This document shows, piece by piece, positions 9,729-20,223 of a stretch of 64,000 nucleotides of DNA. The notes under the pieces are model-generated. The model was not told the origin of the DNA. It saw only the letters and a list, made by a program, of their open reading frames with translations, and did not search any database. The first letter of the stretch is position 1. Each line of letters begins with the position of its first letter. Source of the DNA: an uncultured Bacilli bacterium (GTDB lineage Bacteria; Bacillota_I; Bacilli_A; RF39; UBA660); NCBI GenBank assembly GCA_944371905.1, contig CALVYA010000006.1, positions 5,358-69,357 on the forward strand, given 5' to 3'. Position numbers and translations under genes: made by a program.

Positions 9729-11477
9729 TTACATTTTTTCTGGACAATTTATTCCCAAAATATTTAATAACAATATATTGATATCCAAAACCAATTTAGT
9801 AAGTACTAACCATGATTCTCTTAAATCATAATTTTCTTCATCTAAAACTCTGTTTTCAGAATAGAATTTATTATAAGAACTAGTTAATTTATAAATATAA
9901 TCCGTTAATTCATTTAAAGATTTACTTTCATAAGCTTTAGTAATTGTACTAGATAAATTTAGTATATTCAACATTATGTCTTTATCATATTCATTTTTTA
10001 TAGTTTTTATTATATTAAATACCATATTTTTTTCTTTTGCTTTATTAAGCAATGATTTCATACGAATAGTTGAATATAGAAGATAAGGACCGGTTTTCCC
10101 TTCTAAATCACTAAATTTGTTAGGATCAAAAATATAATCAGTACTTCTATATGGTATTAAGTCTGCATATTTTATTGCTGATATAGCAATTGTTCTAGAA
10201 ATATCTTTTTTTTCTTTAGGATCAGTAATAGTTGGATTTAACTTTTTCAAAGTTTCTTCATTAACCAAATCTATTAAATTAGGTAAACTCATAACCCCAC
10301 CATCTCTAGTTTTAAATGGCTTTCCATCCGTTCCATTCATAGTTCCAAATCCTAAAAACTGTAAAGAAGTATTTTCTTTAACTATTCCAGATTTATACGC
10401 TGCACGAAACACCTGATTAAAGTGCAGTTCTTGTCTATTATCCACTACATACCAAATTTCATCAGGATTAAATCTTTTCATTCTAGAATATATAGTAGCT
10501 AAATCTGTAGTTCCGTATAAATAGGCGCCGTCACTTTTCTCTAAAATAATTGGAGGCATTTCTTTATCATCAGAATCTTCTTTAACATCCATTACTTTAG
10601 CTCCTTCGCTAATATATAACAAACCTTTTTTATCTAACAGGTTTAACATTTCTGGAATAACATCAAAAGTTAAACGTTCACCTTCCCATAGTTCAAAAGT
10701 GGCATTTAATTCTTCATAAATTTCTTTTATTGTTTTAATAGATAATGATGATATTTTATCCCACAATTTACAATAACCTAAATGTCCTTTTTGAATTAAA
10801 TACGTAATATTCCTTGCTTCATGTAATAATTCTTCATTAGCTTTAATTCTTGTACTACCTTCTGGATAAATATAAGACAAATCTTCGCTAGTAATTGGTA
10901 ATTCAAAATCTTCTCCTTGATAATCACTCTTAAAACAAATTAAATTAGGATACCTATCTTTCATTTCTAAACAAACAATTCCAGCTTGAAGACCAGCATC
11001 ACCTAAATGAACATCTCCTATTATTTCTTGTCCTAAAAATTTTGCCAATCTTTTTAAAGCTTCTCCTATGTTAGCACTTCTTAAATGCCCTACATGCAAG
11101 ATCTTTGCTACATTAGCTCCACCATAATCAATAATTATCTTCTTTTTCTCTGGTAGATCGATATTATTATAAACATTTTCTATAGTTTTATTTGTACATT
11201 CTATTAAATACTCCTTACTAATACTTAAATTAATAAAACCACTTCCAGCTATATTAACATTTACAAATCTTGCATCTTTTTTTAATTCTTCTAATATTGA
11301 TGTAGCAATTTCTCTTGGATTCTTTTTATAAATTTTAGCTAATTTCATAGCATCATTGATTTGATATTCTCCTAAATCAGGACGATTGGATACTACTAAA
11401 GTTACTTTTTCTATATCATAGCCTAACTTATTCATAATTATTTTTATATCATTTTCGATCTTTTTTATAAAACTCAT
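9729..11477 (-). CDS. argS: Arginyl-tRNA synthetase
   Basis: HVGHLRS (HIGH-type), FKTRDG, GPYLLY; start refined by RBS. Confidence 0.95.
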   Translation of the reverse strand: MSFIKKIENDIKIIMNKLGYDIEKVTLVVSNRPDLGEYQINDAMKLAKIYKKNPREIATSILEELKKDARFVNVNIAGSGFINLSISKEYLIECTNKTIENVYNNIDLPEKKKIIIDYGGANVAKILHVGHLRSANIGEALKRLAKFLGQEIIGDVHLGDAGLQAGIVCLEMKDRYPNLICFKSDYQGEDFELPITSEDLSYIYPEGSTRIKANEELLHEARNITYLIQKGHLGYCKLWDKISSLSIKTIKEIYEELNATFELWEGERLTFDVIPEMLNLLDKKGLLYISEGAKVMDVKEDSDDKEMPPIILEKSDGAYLYGTTDLATIYSRMKRFNPDEIWYVVDNRQELHFNQVFRAAYKSGIVKENTSLQFLGFGTMNGTDGKPFKTRDGGVMSLPNLIDLVNEETLKKLNPTITDPKEKKDISRTIAISAIKYADLIPYRSTDYIFDPNKFSDLEGKTGPYLLYSTIRMKSLLNKAKEKNMVFNIIKTIKNEYDKDIMLNILNLSSTITKAYESKSLNELTDYIYKLTSSYNKFYSENRVLDEENYDLRESWLVLTKLVLDINILLLNILGINCPEKM

Positions 11478-11488
11478 CTTAATCACTC

Positions 11489-11839
11489 CTAAAAAGTCCA
11501 TTCTAATGAAAAATCAAATTGATTTTGTTCTGATAATACATAGCTTACTATTAATTTGTTTTCTTCTAGATACTTAGATTTTACTACTAATGAAAGAGGC
11601 ATTTTGCTATTCATTTTTTTCATATTTATATAACTTTCTCCGCCAGAGAAGTTTAAAACCAAAAACATTTCTTCATTTTCCCTAGTTAAAATTAAATTTG
11701 TAAAATCCACAAATACATCCGTTCCATTTTGTTCTTTATATATTAAAATTTTACGATCCTCATAATATATACATTCACCATCATATTCTGTAATTTGTTT
11801 ATCATTTTTTAAAATATATTTACATCTACCTTTTAACAT
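11489..11839 (-). CDS. Hypothetical beta-rich protein, possibly DUF1934/YwiB-like
   Basis: Sits immediately upstream of argS, as ywiB does; beta-strand-like pattern. Confidence 0.5.
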   Translation of the reverse strand: MLKGRCKYILKNDKQITEYDGECIYYEDRKILIYKEQNGTDVFVDFTNLILTRENEEMFLVLNFSGGESYINMKKMNSKMPLSLVVKSKYLEENKLIVSYVLSEQNQFDFSLEWTF

Positions 11840-11895
11840 ATTATCACCACCAAAATTACTAACACGAATTATAACATAAGTTAAAGATTTTTAAC

Positions 11896-11925
11896 ACATA
11901 TTTTTATATTTTTATTACCATACTA
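11896..11925 (+). promoter_or_regulatory. Putative forespore (sigmaG/F) promoter of the class A PBP
   Basis: ACATA-N18-CATACTA. Confidence 0.55.
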
Positions 11926-11934
11926 AAATTAGAA

Positions 11935-13902
11935 TTGATGGTGATGTATTTGAAATTTTTCAAAAAAATTTTAAAAATAACAATATTCTTAATAATTATT
12001 AGCAGTGCTATTGGTTTAGGAATATATGGATATCAACAAGTATCTACTAAATTAGAAATCAAAAGTGCCAATAATATTTCTTTATATGATAGTAAAGGAA
12101 ATATGTATTTTCAAGGTAGTGGAACTAATGAATGGGTAGCATTAGAAGATATATCAGAAAATGTTATCAACGCAACAATTTCTACTGAAGATAAAAATTT
12201 TTATAAACATTTTGGATTTGATTTCTTAAGAATTATTAAAGCAGGATATACTAATATTATTTCTGGAGAAACTAAACAAGGGGCTTCTACGATTACTCAA
12301 CAATACGTTAAAAACTTATTTTTAGATTTTGATAAAACCTGGGAAAGAAAATGGAACGAATTATGGCTCACTTTAAACGTTGAAGCACATTATACAAAGG
12401 AAGAAATATTGGAAGGATATTTAAATACGATTAACTATGGTCATGGAATGTATGGTATTGAAAACGCTGCTGATTATTATTTTAATAAATCTGCTAAAGA
12501 TCTTACTTTAGCAGAAGCTTCTATGTTAGTAGGAATTCCTAAATCTCCGTCTAATTATTCACCTCTTGTTAATTTTGATATTGCTAAACAACGACAAAAA
12601 CTTATATTAAGTGGCATGGTAAAAAATAAATATATTACTGAAGCAGAAATGAATGAAGCTTATAACGAAGAATTAATTTTAATAGGTAAAAAAGCAACTA
12701 TTAATTCTGACACTATTTTATATTTTCAAGATGCTGTTTTAAATGAATTAAAGTCTATTAAAAGCATCCCTAGTTCATTTTTAGATACAGGTGGATTAAA
12801 AATATACACAACTCTTGATATGGATGCTCAAAATGCTTTAGAACAAAGTATAAAAGAAAATTTAGAAAAAAACAAAGAAGTACAATCAGCTGGCGTAATG
12901 ATCGATCCTACTACAGGAAATATCATAGCTTTAGTTGGAGGAAGAGATTATTCTCTCTCACAATTTAATCGTGCTACAAAGTCAAAAAGACAAGTAGGCT
13001 CTACTATGAAACCTTTTTTATATTATGCAGCCTTAGAAAATGGGTTTACTTCTAGTACTTCTTTTACTAGTGAAGAAACAACTTTTGTATTTTCCAATGA
13101 AGATTCCTATTCTCCTAAGAATGCTAACGAAATATATGGGCATAAACCAATATCATTAGCTGCGGCTATTGCTTACTCAGAGAATATATATGCAATAAAA
13201 ACGCATATGTTCTTAGGAGAGGATGTTTTAGTTGACACAGCCAAAAGATTGGGAATCAGTGAAAATTTACCAGCTATTCCTTCTCTACCTTTGGGTACTA
13301 GTGAAATTGGAATTATCGATATGGCTGCCGCATATTCTGTATTCGCTAACAATGGATATAAAAATACTCCACATTTAATAACAAAAGTGGAAGATGTAGA
13401 AGGAAATATTTTATATGAATTTAAAGAAACAGAAGAATTAGTTTTAAACCCCAGTTTAACTTATATATTAAATGAATTATTAACAACTACTTATGATGCT
13501 AATTTTATTGATTATAATTATCCAACCATTATAAATATAGCAGGAAGATTAAGTAGAAAATACTCTGTTAAATCCGGAACAACTGCAACTGATACTTGGA
13601 CAATTGGATACAACCCTCAAGTAGTCACCGCCGTATGGGTCGGATATGATGATAGCAAAACAATTGAAGAAGATTTATATTCTTCCACTAAAAATATTTG
13701 GGCAGATACGATGGAATCCTATTTAAAAGATAAAGAAGAAAAATGGTTCGAAATGCCAAGTAATGTTGTTGGAGTTTTAGTAGATCCTATCTCAGGAACT
13801 GCCGCTACTGAGAAAACTACAAAAAAAAGGATTCTATACTATTTGAAAGGTACAGAACCTACAGGAGAAGAAATGGTTTTTGATGAAAAATTAAATAATT
13901 AG
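11935..13902 (+). CDS. pbpG: Class A penicillin-binding protein, PbpG/PBP2d-like
   Basis: EDKNFY and GASTITQQ transglycosylase motifs; STMK, SEN, KSG transpeptidase motifs; near argS; sigmaG-like promoter. Confidence 0.75.
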   Translation: MMVMYLKFFKKILKITIFLIIISSAIGLGIYGYQQVSTKLEIKSANNISLYDSKGNMYFQGSGTNEWVALEDISENVINATISTEDKNFYKHFGFDFLRIIKAGYTNIISGETKQGASTITQQYVKNLFLDFDKTWERKWNELWLTLNVEAHYTKEEILEGYLNTINYGHGMYGIENAADYYFNKSAKDLTLAEASMLVGIPKSPSNYSPLVNFDIAKQRQKLILSGMVKNKYITEAEMNEAYNEELILIGKKATINSDTILYFQDAVLNELKSIKSIPSSFLDTGGLKIYTTLDMDAQNALEQSIKENLEKNKEVQSAGVMIDPTTGNIIALVGGRDYSLSQFNRATKSKRQVGSTMKPFLYYAALENGFTSSTSFTSEETTFVFSNEDSYSPKNANEIYGHKPISLAAAIAYSENIYAIKTHMFLGEDVLVDTAKRLGISENLPAIPSLPLGTSEIGIIDMAAAYSVFANNGYKNTPHLITKVEDVEGNILYEFKETEELVLNPSLTYILNELLTTTYDANFIDYNYPTIINIAGRLSRKYSVKSGTTATDTWTIGYNPQVVTAVWVGYDDSKTIEEDLYSSTKNIWADTMESYLKDKEEKWFEMPSNVVGVLVDPISGTAATEKTTKKRILYYLKGTEPTGEEMVFDEKLNN

Positions 13903-14459
13903 TATATCAGTTCAGCCATATCGCCAGTTTTTAAAAAATTAGCATTTGCATCGTCTGTATCTAGATGTAACTCCAAAATTCCATTTGGAGTTTCTTTAAT
14001 ATATACATCATTCAAAATAGCTGTTTTTTCTTTTCCAACTTTTACACTAATTTTGTCAATATTTTCTAAACCCAATTCCATTCTTTCGCTATGATTTAAA
14101 TGTAAATGTCTATTAGCAACAATAGCACACTTTTTAGTTATTACACCTTTAGAACCAATAATAGTAATTTCACTGGCATCACTCAATTCACCAGAAGTTC
14201 GAATCGGGGGGGTAATTCCTAATAAATAACAATCTGTTTTAGATATTTCAACTTGAGTATATTTTCTTATAGGACCTAGTACACGCACTCTTTCAATAGT
14301 AGCTTTTGAAGTTTGAATTTTTACCAATAAATTAGATGCGAATTCTCCCGGTTGCACTAAATCTTTTACCTTTTGTAATTCAATATCTCCAAATAAAATA
14401 TCATAATCCTCTTGACATAAATGAATATGACGATTAGATACTCCTATTTTAACTTTCAT
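13899..14459 (-). CDS. pduL: PduL-family phosphate acyltransferase
   Basis: VSNRHIHL, LVQPGEFAS, RVLGP, RHLH, LHLDTDDANA. Confidence 0.88.
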   Translation of the reverse strand: MKVKIGVSNRHIHLCQEDYDILFGDIELQKVKDLVQPGEFASNLLVKIQTSKATIERVRVLGPIRKYTQVEISKTDCYLLGITPPIRTSGELSDASEITIIGSKGVITKKCAIVANRHLHLNHSERMELGLENIDKISVKVGKEKTAILNDVYIKETPNGILELHLDTDDANANFLKTGDMAELIY

Positions 14460-14553
14460 TTATCTTCATCCTCTCTATTACTAGTATACCATAAAAAGTA
14501 ATTTTTTTTATTAATAAACATATTATTTAATATGAAAAAGAAAGGACGATTTT

Positions 14554-14913
14554 ATGAATGGAAATTATCAAAATTTAGGATTTAATACAAATAAGCCAAC
14601 CTATATTCCAAATCAAAATACTCAACCACCATATACTAATTTTCCTAATTCGGGGACAAATCAAAATCTAGATATATCAAATGATCAATTTCAATACGCA
14701 TATAATATTTTAAATAATAACCCTAATCAAATAGCATCATTTTATATGTCTTATCCAGATTCCGTTGAATGGCGCGATCGTATTTTTACAGGAAGAATAG
14801 TACACTCTACTAGAGAATATACCTTATTAAAAAATGAAGAAACTAACGAATGGTATGTTCTTCCATCTATTTATTTAAATTATGTTATATTTAATGAAGA
14901 AGTAAATATGTAA
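14554..14913 (+). CDS. gerQ: Spore coat protein GerQ-like
   Basis: N/Q/P-rich N-terminus; EWRDRIFTG and IYLNYVIFNEE resemble the GerQ core; near ung as in Bacillus. Confidence 0.75.
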   Translation: MNGNYQNLGFNTNKPTYIPNQNTQPPYTNFPNSGTNQNLDISNDQFQYAYNILNNNPNQIASFYMSYPDSVEWRDRIFTGRIVHSTREYTLLKNEETNEWYVLPSIYLNYVIFNEEVNM

Positions 14914-14975
14914 CAAAGAATGATTGTATCATTTCTTTTTTTTTGATATAATTTTTTTAACATAGAGGTGATTAT

Positions 14976-15509
14976 ATGATAATTTCTATAATATGTGGAT
15001 GCATTGCTTTTATAGCTATCATAATACTAATTATAAAATTAAAAAGTGATAAATTATATGTATATAATACAAAAATACAAGAGGCAGAAAATGAAATTCA
15101 ACTGTTATTAGATAAAAAAATGTCTCTTTTAAGTGAAATCCATCAACAACTTTCAGAACAAATAGAAAATATCAATTTTAATTATTTATGTAATTTAGAA
15201 GATATAAATGATGATGAATTCAAATTAAATTCTATATTAAATAATGCCTATAGCGAATTAAAAGATTTCTTAGAAAATAGGCATAGTTTTATTCCAGAAG
15301 ATAATACTAAACATTTAATCGATGAATTATATCGAATAAATATTGAATGCATAGCCACTAAAAACTACTATAATGATAATAGTATTATCTTAAATAATAA
15401 AATCAAAAAATTTCCTAATAATATAATTGCAAAATTTAAACATTTACATAAAAAAGAATTATATAATGATCCTGTAGAAGAAGAATTTGAAATATTAAAA
15501 AAGAAATAA
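14976..15509 (+). CDS. LemA-like membrane-anchored helical protein
   Basis: N-terminal TM; YYND..LNNKIKKFPNNIIAK C-terminal pattern. Confidence 0.6.
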   Translation: MIISIICGCIAFIAIIILIIKLKSDKLYVYNTKIQEAENEIQLLLDKKMSLLSEIHQQLSEQIENINFNYLCNLEDINDDEFKLNSILNNAYSELKDFLENRHSFIPEDNTKHLIDELYRINIECIATKNYYNDNSIILNNKIKKFPNNIIAKFKHLHKKELYNDPVEEEFEILKKK

Positions 15510-15512
15510 AAA

Positions 15513-16178
15513 TTAATCCTTTATTTCCCAATCAATCGGCTTTAATCCATGCTCTGTTAAAAAATGATTTGCTTTAGAAAAAGGTTTACTGCCAAAAAAG
15601 CCATTATGTGCAGATAAAGGTGAAGGATGAGCTGATTCAATAATAAAATGTCTTTTGTTAGTGATCAGTTCTTTTTTACTTCTTGCATAACTACCCCATA
15701 AAATAAACACAACCGGTGTTTCTTTTTTATTTATAAGTTTAATAACTTGATCAGTAAATATCTCCCACCCTTTTCCTTTATGAGAAGCAGCTTTATCTTT
15801 TTCTACAGTTAGTACAGCATTTAAAAGTAATACTCCTTGTTTTGTCCATGACACTAAACTTCCATTATGTGGAATTTCATATCCTAAATCATCATGTAAT
15901 TCCTTAAAAATATTTACTAATGAAGGCGGTTTTTGTACCCCTTTTTTTACTGAAAAACATAATCCTTCTGCTTGATTTTCACCGTGATATGGATCTTGCC
16001 CAATGATTACTACTTTAATATCGTCAAAAGAAGTATAACGAAAAGCATTATACACTTCGTTAATCTTAGGATAAATAATTTTAGAATTATACTCTTTTAA
16101 AACAAATTTTTCTAATTCCCTAAAGTACTCTTTATTATATTCATCTTTTAATAAAAGATCCCAATCGTTACCAATCAT
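15513..16178 (-). CDS. ung: Uracil-DNA glycosylase
   Basis: GQDPYH, PPSL, LLLN, HPSPLS. Confidence 0.97.
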   Translation of the reverse strand: MIGNDWDLLLKDEYNKEYFRELEKFVLKEYNSKIIYPKINEVYNAFRYTSFDDIKVVIIGQDPYHGENQAEGLCFSVKKGVQKPPSLVNIFKELHDDLGYEIPHNGSLVSWTKQGVLLLNAVLTVEKDKAASHKGKGWEIFTDQVIKLINKKETPVVFILWGSYARSKKELITNKRHFIIESAHPSPLSAHNGFFGSKPFSKANHFLTEHGLKPIDWEIKD

Positions 16179-16208
16179 AAAACTTCACCTAGATTTATTA
16201 TATCATAT

Positions 16209-17486
16209 TTATTTAACTTTTTTTCTTAGTTTAAAAATAGCATAAATATTGATAATTCCCATTATTGCTATAAAAATATCAACAATGTTCCATAAAAACA
16301 TAGAATTAACAAAACTTCCTACTATTAACAACACTATCGTGATCAACTTTAAAATCCATATATCATTATTAGATACTTTTCCTTTTAAAAATTTTAGACT
16401 ATTCTCACCATAATAATATCCTGAAATTATTGTAGAAAAAGCAAATATAAAAATAGTAACAATAAGAAGCCAATCACCAAAAGGACCTAAATGATAATTT
16501 AATGCATATTGAGTTAATTCAATTCCATTGATATTTAAAAAAGTTATATCATTATAATCACTTAGCATTATTATGAAAGCTGTTAAAGTACAAAGAACTA
16601 AACTAGTAAAATAAATTCCAGTTACTTGAATCATCCCTTGTCCTTTAGCATCATTATTATCAACAGTAGAGGCTGCTATAGCTCCGCTTCCAATCCCTGC
16701 TTCATTCGAAAATATTCCTCGTTGAAAGCCTATAATAAAAGGAGTAATAAATCCAACTCCTAACGATTTAGGATTAAACGCTTCTCTTACAATTAAAATC
16801 AATACCTTGGGAAGATCATTTATATTGAGTAGTAATATATAACAAGATATTACTACATATAAAATACCTATAAAAGGCATAATTTTTGAAGAAACATCAA
16901 TGATACCTTTTACTCCCTTAAAAATAACTAATCCTGTTATAATTGCCACTAGAATACCAGTAACTGTAGGCGCAATACCAATTAAATTATTAAAAGACTT
17001 AGAAATAGTGTTAGTCTGAATAGTTAAAAATCCAAATATATAACAAACAAGAATTAAAACCGAATATAATCTAGCTAAATGAACTTTTTTTAATCCTTTA
17101 GAAATATAATAGGAAGGTCCTCCTTGATTAAATCCATCTTTTTTTTCATGATATAATACCCCTAGAAAACTTTCAACATAAGCATTAGGCGCTACAATTA
17201 AAGTAGAAATCCACATCCAAAATATTGTTCCCGGTCCACCAATATAAATAGCTAAAGCTATTCCCGCCAAAGATCCAACTCCAATTCTAGCAGCAAGAGT
17301 TAACATCAAAGTGTTAAAAGGAGATATTTTTTCAGTTTTAGAACCTTTAAAACTTTTAATCATCCCTTTTATATTAAACTGAATAAATTTTAGCTTTTTT
17401 GTAAAATATAGCCCACTAACTATTAATAAAACAGTTGTAATTCCCCATAAAAGTTTATTTATTTCTGTTAAAATAATAATCACCAA
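16209..17486 (-). CDS. Alanine/glycine:cation symporter (AGCS/AlsT family); start codon uncertain
   Basis: GGPGTIFWMW, GGPSYY, RGIFSNEAGIG; multiple TM helices. Confidence 0.88.
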   Translation of the reverse strand: MVIIILTEINKLLWGITTVLLIVSGLYFTKKLKFIQFNIKGMIKSFKGSKTEKISPFNTLMLTLAARIGVGSLAGIALAIYIGGPGTIFWMWISTLIVAPNAYVESFLGVLYHEKKDGFNQGGPSYYISKGLKKVHLARLYSVLILVCYIFGFLTIQTNTISKSFNNLIGIAPTVTGILVAIITGLVIFKGVKGIIDVSSKIMPFIGILYVVISCYILLLNINDLPKVLILIVREAFNPKSLGVGFITPFIIGFQRGIFSNEAGIGSGAIAASTVDNNDAKGQGMIQVTGIYFTSLVLCTLTAFIIMLSDYNDITFLNINGIELTQYALNYHLGPFGDWLLIVTIFIFAFSTIISGYYYGENSLKFLKGKVSNNDIWILKLITIVLLIVGSFVNSMFLWNIVDIFIAIMGIINIYAIFKLRKKVK

Positions 17487-17517
17487 TTAATTTTATTAAA
17501 CAATACATTTAAATATG

Positions 17518-17543
17518 AAAAAAGTGATGAATTTCATCACTTC
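17518..17543 (-). terminator. Intrinsic terminator after rlmH
   Basis: AAGTGATGAA-TTCATCACTT inverted repeat with a U-tract. Confidence 0.6.
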
Positions 17544-17998
17544 TATTTATGATATTCTTCATTATTGTTTATTTTGAATGATCGATATATTTGTTCTAGT
17601 AACATTACTCTAAACAGTTGGTGAGGAAAAGTAAAATCTGAAAAAGACAATCTATAATGGGCAATATTTTTTATATTAGTTGATAATCCATAAGAAGAAC
17701 CAATTATAAATACAATACTGCTAAAATTATTAAAAATAGAATTAATTTTTTTTGCAAACTCCAAGGATGTAATTTTACATCCTTCAATCTCTAAAGTAAT
17801 TACATAATCTTTTTTATCAATGAATTTTATTATTTGCTCTTCTTCTTTTTTTAAAATATTAGAAATATCACCTATGTTAATGTCATCAACTTCTATTATT
17901 TTAATTTTAGTATATTTACTAATTCTTTTACAATACTCAAAAACTGCTTCTTTTAAATAATTTTCTTTTAATTTTCCAACACATATAATTTTTATCAT
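17543..17998 (-). CDS. rlmH: 23S rRNA m3Psi1915 methyltransferase
   Basis: VGKLKE, TFPHQLFRVMLLEQIYR, YHK. Confidence 0.95.
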   Translation of the reverse strand: MIKIICVGKLKENYLKEAVFEYCKRISKYTKIKIIEVDDINIGDISNILKKEEEQIIKFIDKKDYVITLEIEGCKITSLEFAKKINSIFNNFSSIVFIIGSSYGLSTNIKNIAHYRLSFSDFTFPHQLFRVMLLEQIYRSFKINNNEEYHK

Positions 17999-18760
17999 TT
18001 ATACCTCGATCATTTTTGTTTCCTCATTTTGATGAGTAACAATCATTTCGTAATTTTTAAATTGTGAATTTATTAATTCTTCCTTTACTTGAGTTAATGC
18101 TAAATCATAAGTATTATTATTCTCACTAATATGAGCTAAAAATATATATTTAGTATTACTACCAATTACTTTTGTTAAATATTTACCAGTATAGTGATTA
18201 GACAAATGACCTTTATCACTAATTACTCTTTGCTTCAAATGATAAGGATATGGTCCATTCATTAACATTTCTTCATCATGATTACTTTCTATAATATAAA
18301 TATCTTTATTAATAGTTAATTCATGATATTTTTTATTTATATATCCAGTATCAGTAATGTATACCATGGATACTCCATTATTTTCAATAATAAACCCATA
18401 AGAAGGAACATCATGAGAAGTCTCCATAAGTAATATATTGATATCTCCTATTTCAAATTGTTCATCGACAACGACAATAGATTCAATAGGTATTATTTTT
18501 ACCAAATCATAAAGTAGCTTTAATGTTGCATAAACTTTTAATTTGTATTTTTTTATAATCTGTGCTAACCCCTTAATATGATCACTATGAGTATGAGAAA
18601 TTAATACTCCATCTAAAGTATTGATATCAATATTTGACAACTCTAAACTATTTTTTATATAGGTAGAACTTACTCCAACATCAATCAATATCTTTGTATT
18701 CTGACTCATTACTAAAGTACAATTTCCTTTAGAACCACTGGCTATTATTTTTACTTTCAT
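17999..18760 (-). CDS. walJ: MBL-fold hydrolase WalJ/YycJ
   Basis: ASGSKGN, HTHSDH, TDTG, ESNHD, GHLSN, AHISENNN. Confidence 0.88.
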   Translation of the reverse strand: MKVKIIASGSKGNCTLVMSQNTKILIDVGVSSTYIKNSLELSNIDINTLDGVLISHTHSDHIKGLAQIIKKYKLKVYATLKLLYDLVKIIPIESIVVVDEQFEIGDINILLMETSHDVPSYGFIIENNGVSMVYITDTGYINKKYHELTINKDIYIIESNHDEEMLMNGPYPYHLKQRVISDKGHLSNHYTGKYLTKVIGSNTKYIFLAHISENNNTYDLALTQVKEELINSQFKNYEMIVTHQNEETKMIEV

Positions 18761-20223
18761 TATAGGAAACGCCTCGGATTTACAGATACTCCACCCAAGA
18801 ATGGATACCCATAATATATTGCAAAATGTAAATGAACCCCTGTAGCGAATCCAGAATCACCCATCGTTCCTATCAACTGTCCACCTTCTACTATTTGTCC
18901 TTTAGACACTCTAATACTGTCCATATGTGCATAGACAGAGTAATAGCCATTATTATGATCAATATATACATAATTACCATTAGTACCAGTATAACCAGCT
19001 TGTACTACCACCCCATTATTAGCTGCATATATAGGAGAACCACGTCCTGTACCCGAAATATCAAGTCCTTCATGCAATTTTCCCCAGCGCCATCCATAAG
19101 TACTCGAAATAATGTATGGCCTTGCTGTAGGCCAGAACCAAACTTGTAAATTTCCAACTCCTGACACTTGTTTTTGACCTCTAATAATTATTTGATCAAC
19201 TTTTGGCTTAATAACCTCTTCTCCAGCAGGTAACGCTTCTACTATATCACCATTTACTTTTTTAACTTTTCTTGTAACTCTACTTACACCATTAACTCCT
19301 TGTTGTTTAACTATTTCAGTTCCAACTGCCAATGTTGGATCATCCTCATATATAGTCGTATAGTGATTGTCCTCAATTGATACCACATGATCTTCTTCCA
19401 CTAATCTAAACGCTGGTTTTATAATCCCAAGAGTTACTTCTTGCCCTGGATATAATAAATTATCAGCACTATTAAATTGTTCGTTAGCAATTAAAAACTC
19501 TCCTACAGATAACTTATTATTAAAGGATACTGATTCAATGGTGTCTCCTTCTTTTACTGTATATTTTTGTTGTTCATCTAAAGTTCCAAATAATAAATAT
19601 TTACTTAAATCTTCTACCGTTAAAAATATTTGATCTTTAATTGAAATGTTTGATTCTTTAATAATAATATCATTTTGTAAATAAATATCTTCTATTAAAG
19701 TGCCTTCATCAGTTATCTCTTCTTGTTGATCATTTAAAAATTTTTCATAACTCTCATCATCAACAAATGCACCCATTGCATTATCAACAGCTTCTACAAA
19801 AATATCTTTATCCAATACATTAACACTAACATCTTCCGTTTGTTTTGTTCCTTCTTCTGTCATTTCTTCAACACCTTTAATAGTAATTTTATAACCCTTA
19901 ATAGTGAAGGAAGATTTGTCTTTAATCTCATCATAAATAGCAGCTGCACTTTGAACTTTTTCATTATATGTTACTTCTTTAACAATATCTAGATTATTTG
20001 GAATATACACATTATCAACATCATATTGATTCTTAATTGTTTCTTCTTCCTTATTAATATAATCTTCTAATTCTGCTTTGGAATATATAAGACCAATTGA
20101 TTTCCCATCTAGATAAACTCGATACACTTCTTGTGGATCCGATGTTTCACTAGAATTAAATAGAAAAACGCTAGAACTCATAATTAATGCTATAATTGTA
20201 TATAAAATAGTTTTAGGATTCAT
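18760..20223 (-). CDS. Cell-wall endopeptidase with LysM, G5 and M23 domains
   Basis: YTVKEGDT (LysM), QQGVNG (G5), HEGLD, YAHM and HLHF (intact M23). Confidence 0.88.
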   Translation of the reverse strand: MNPKTILYTIIALIMSSSVFLFNSSETSDPQEVYRVYLDGKSIGLIYSKAELEDYINKEEETIKNQYDVDNVYIPNNLDIVKEVTYNEKVQSAAAIYDEIKDKSSFTIKGYKITIKGVEEMTEEGTKQTEDVSVNVLDKDIFVEAVDNAMGAFVDDESYEKFLNDQQEEITDEGTLIEDIYLQNDIIIKESNISIKDQIFLTVEDLSKYLLFGTLDEQQKYTVKEGDTIESVSFNNKLSVGEFLIANEQFNSADNLLYPGQEVTLGIIKPAFRLVEEDHVVSIEDNHYTTIYEDDPTLAVGTEIVKQQGVNGVSRVTRKVKKVNGDIVEALPAGEEVIKPKVDQIIIRGQKQVSGVGNLQVWFWPTARPYIISSTYGWRWGKLHEGLDISGTGRGSPIYAANNGVVVQAGYTGTNGNYVYIDHNNGYYSVYAHMDSIRVSKGQIVEGGQLIGTMGDSGFATGVHLHFAIYYGYPFLGGVSVNPRRFL

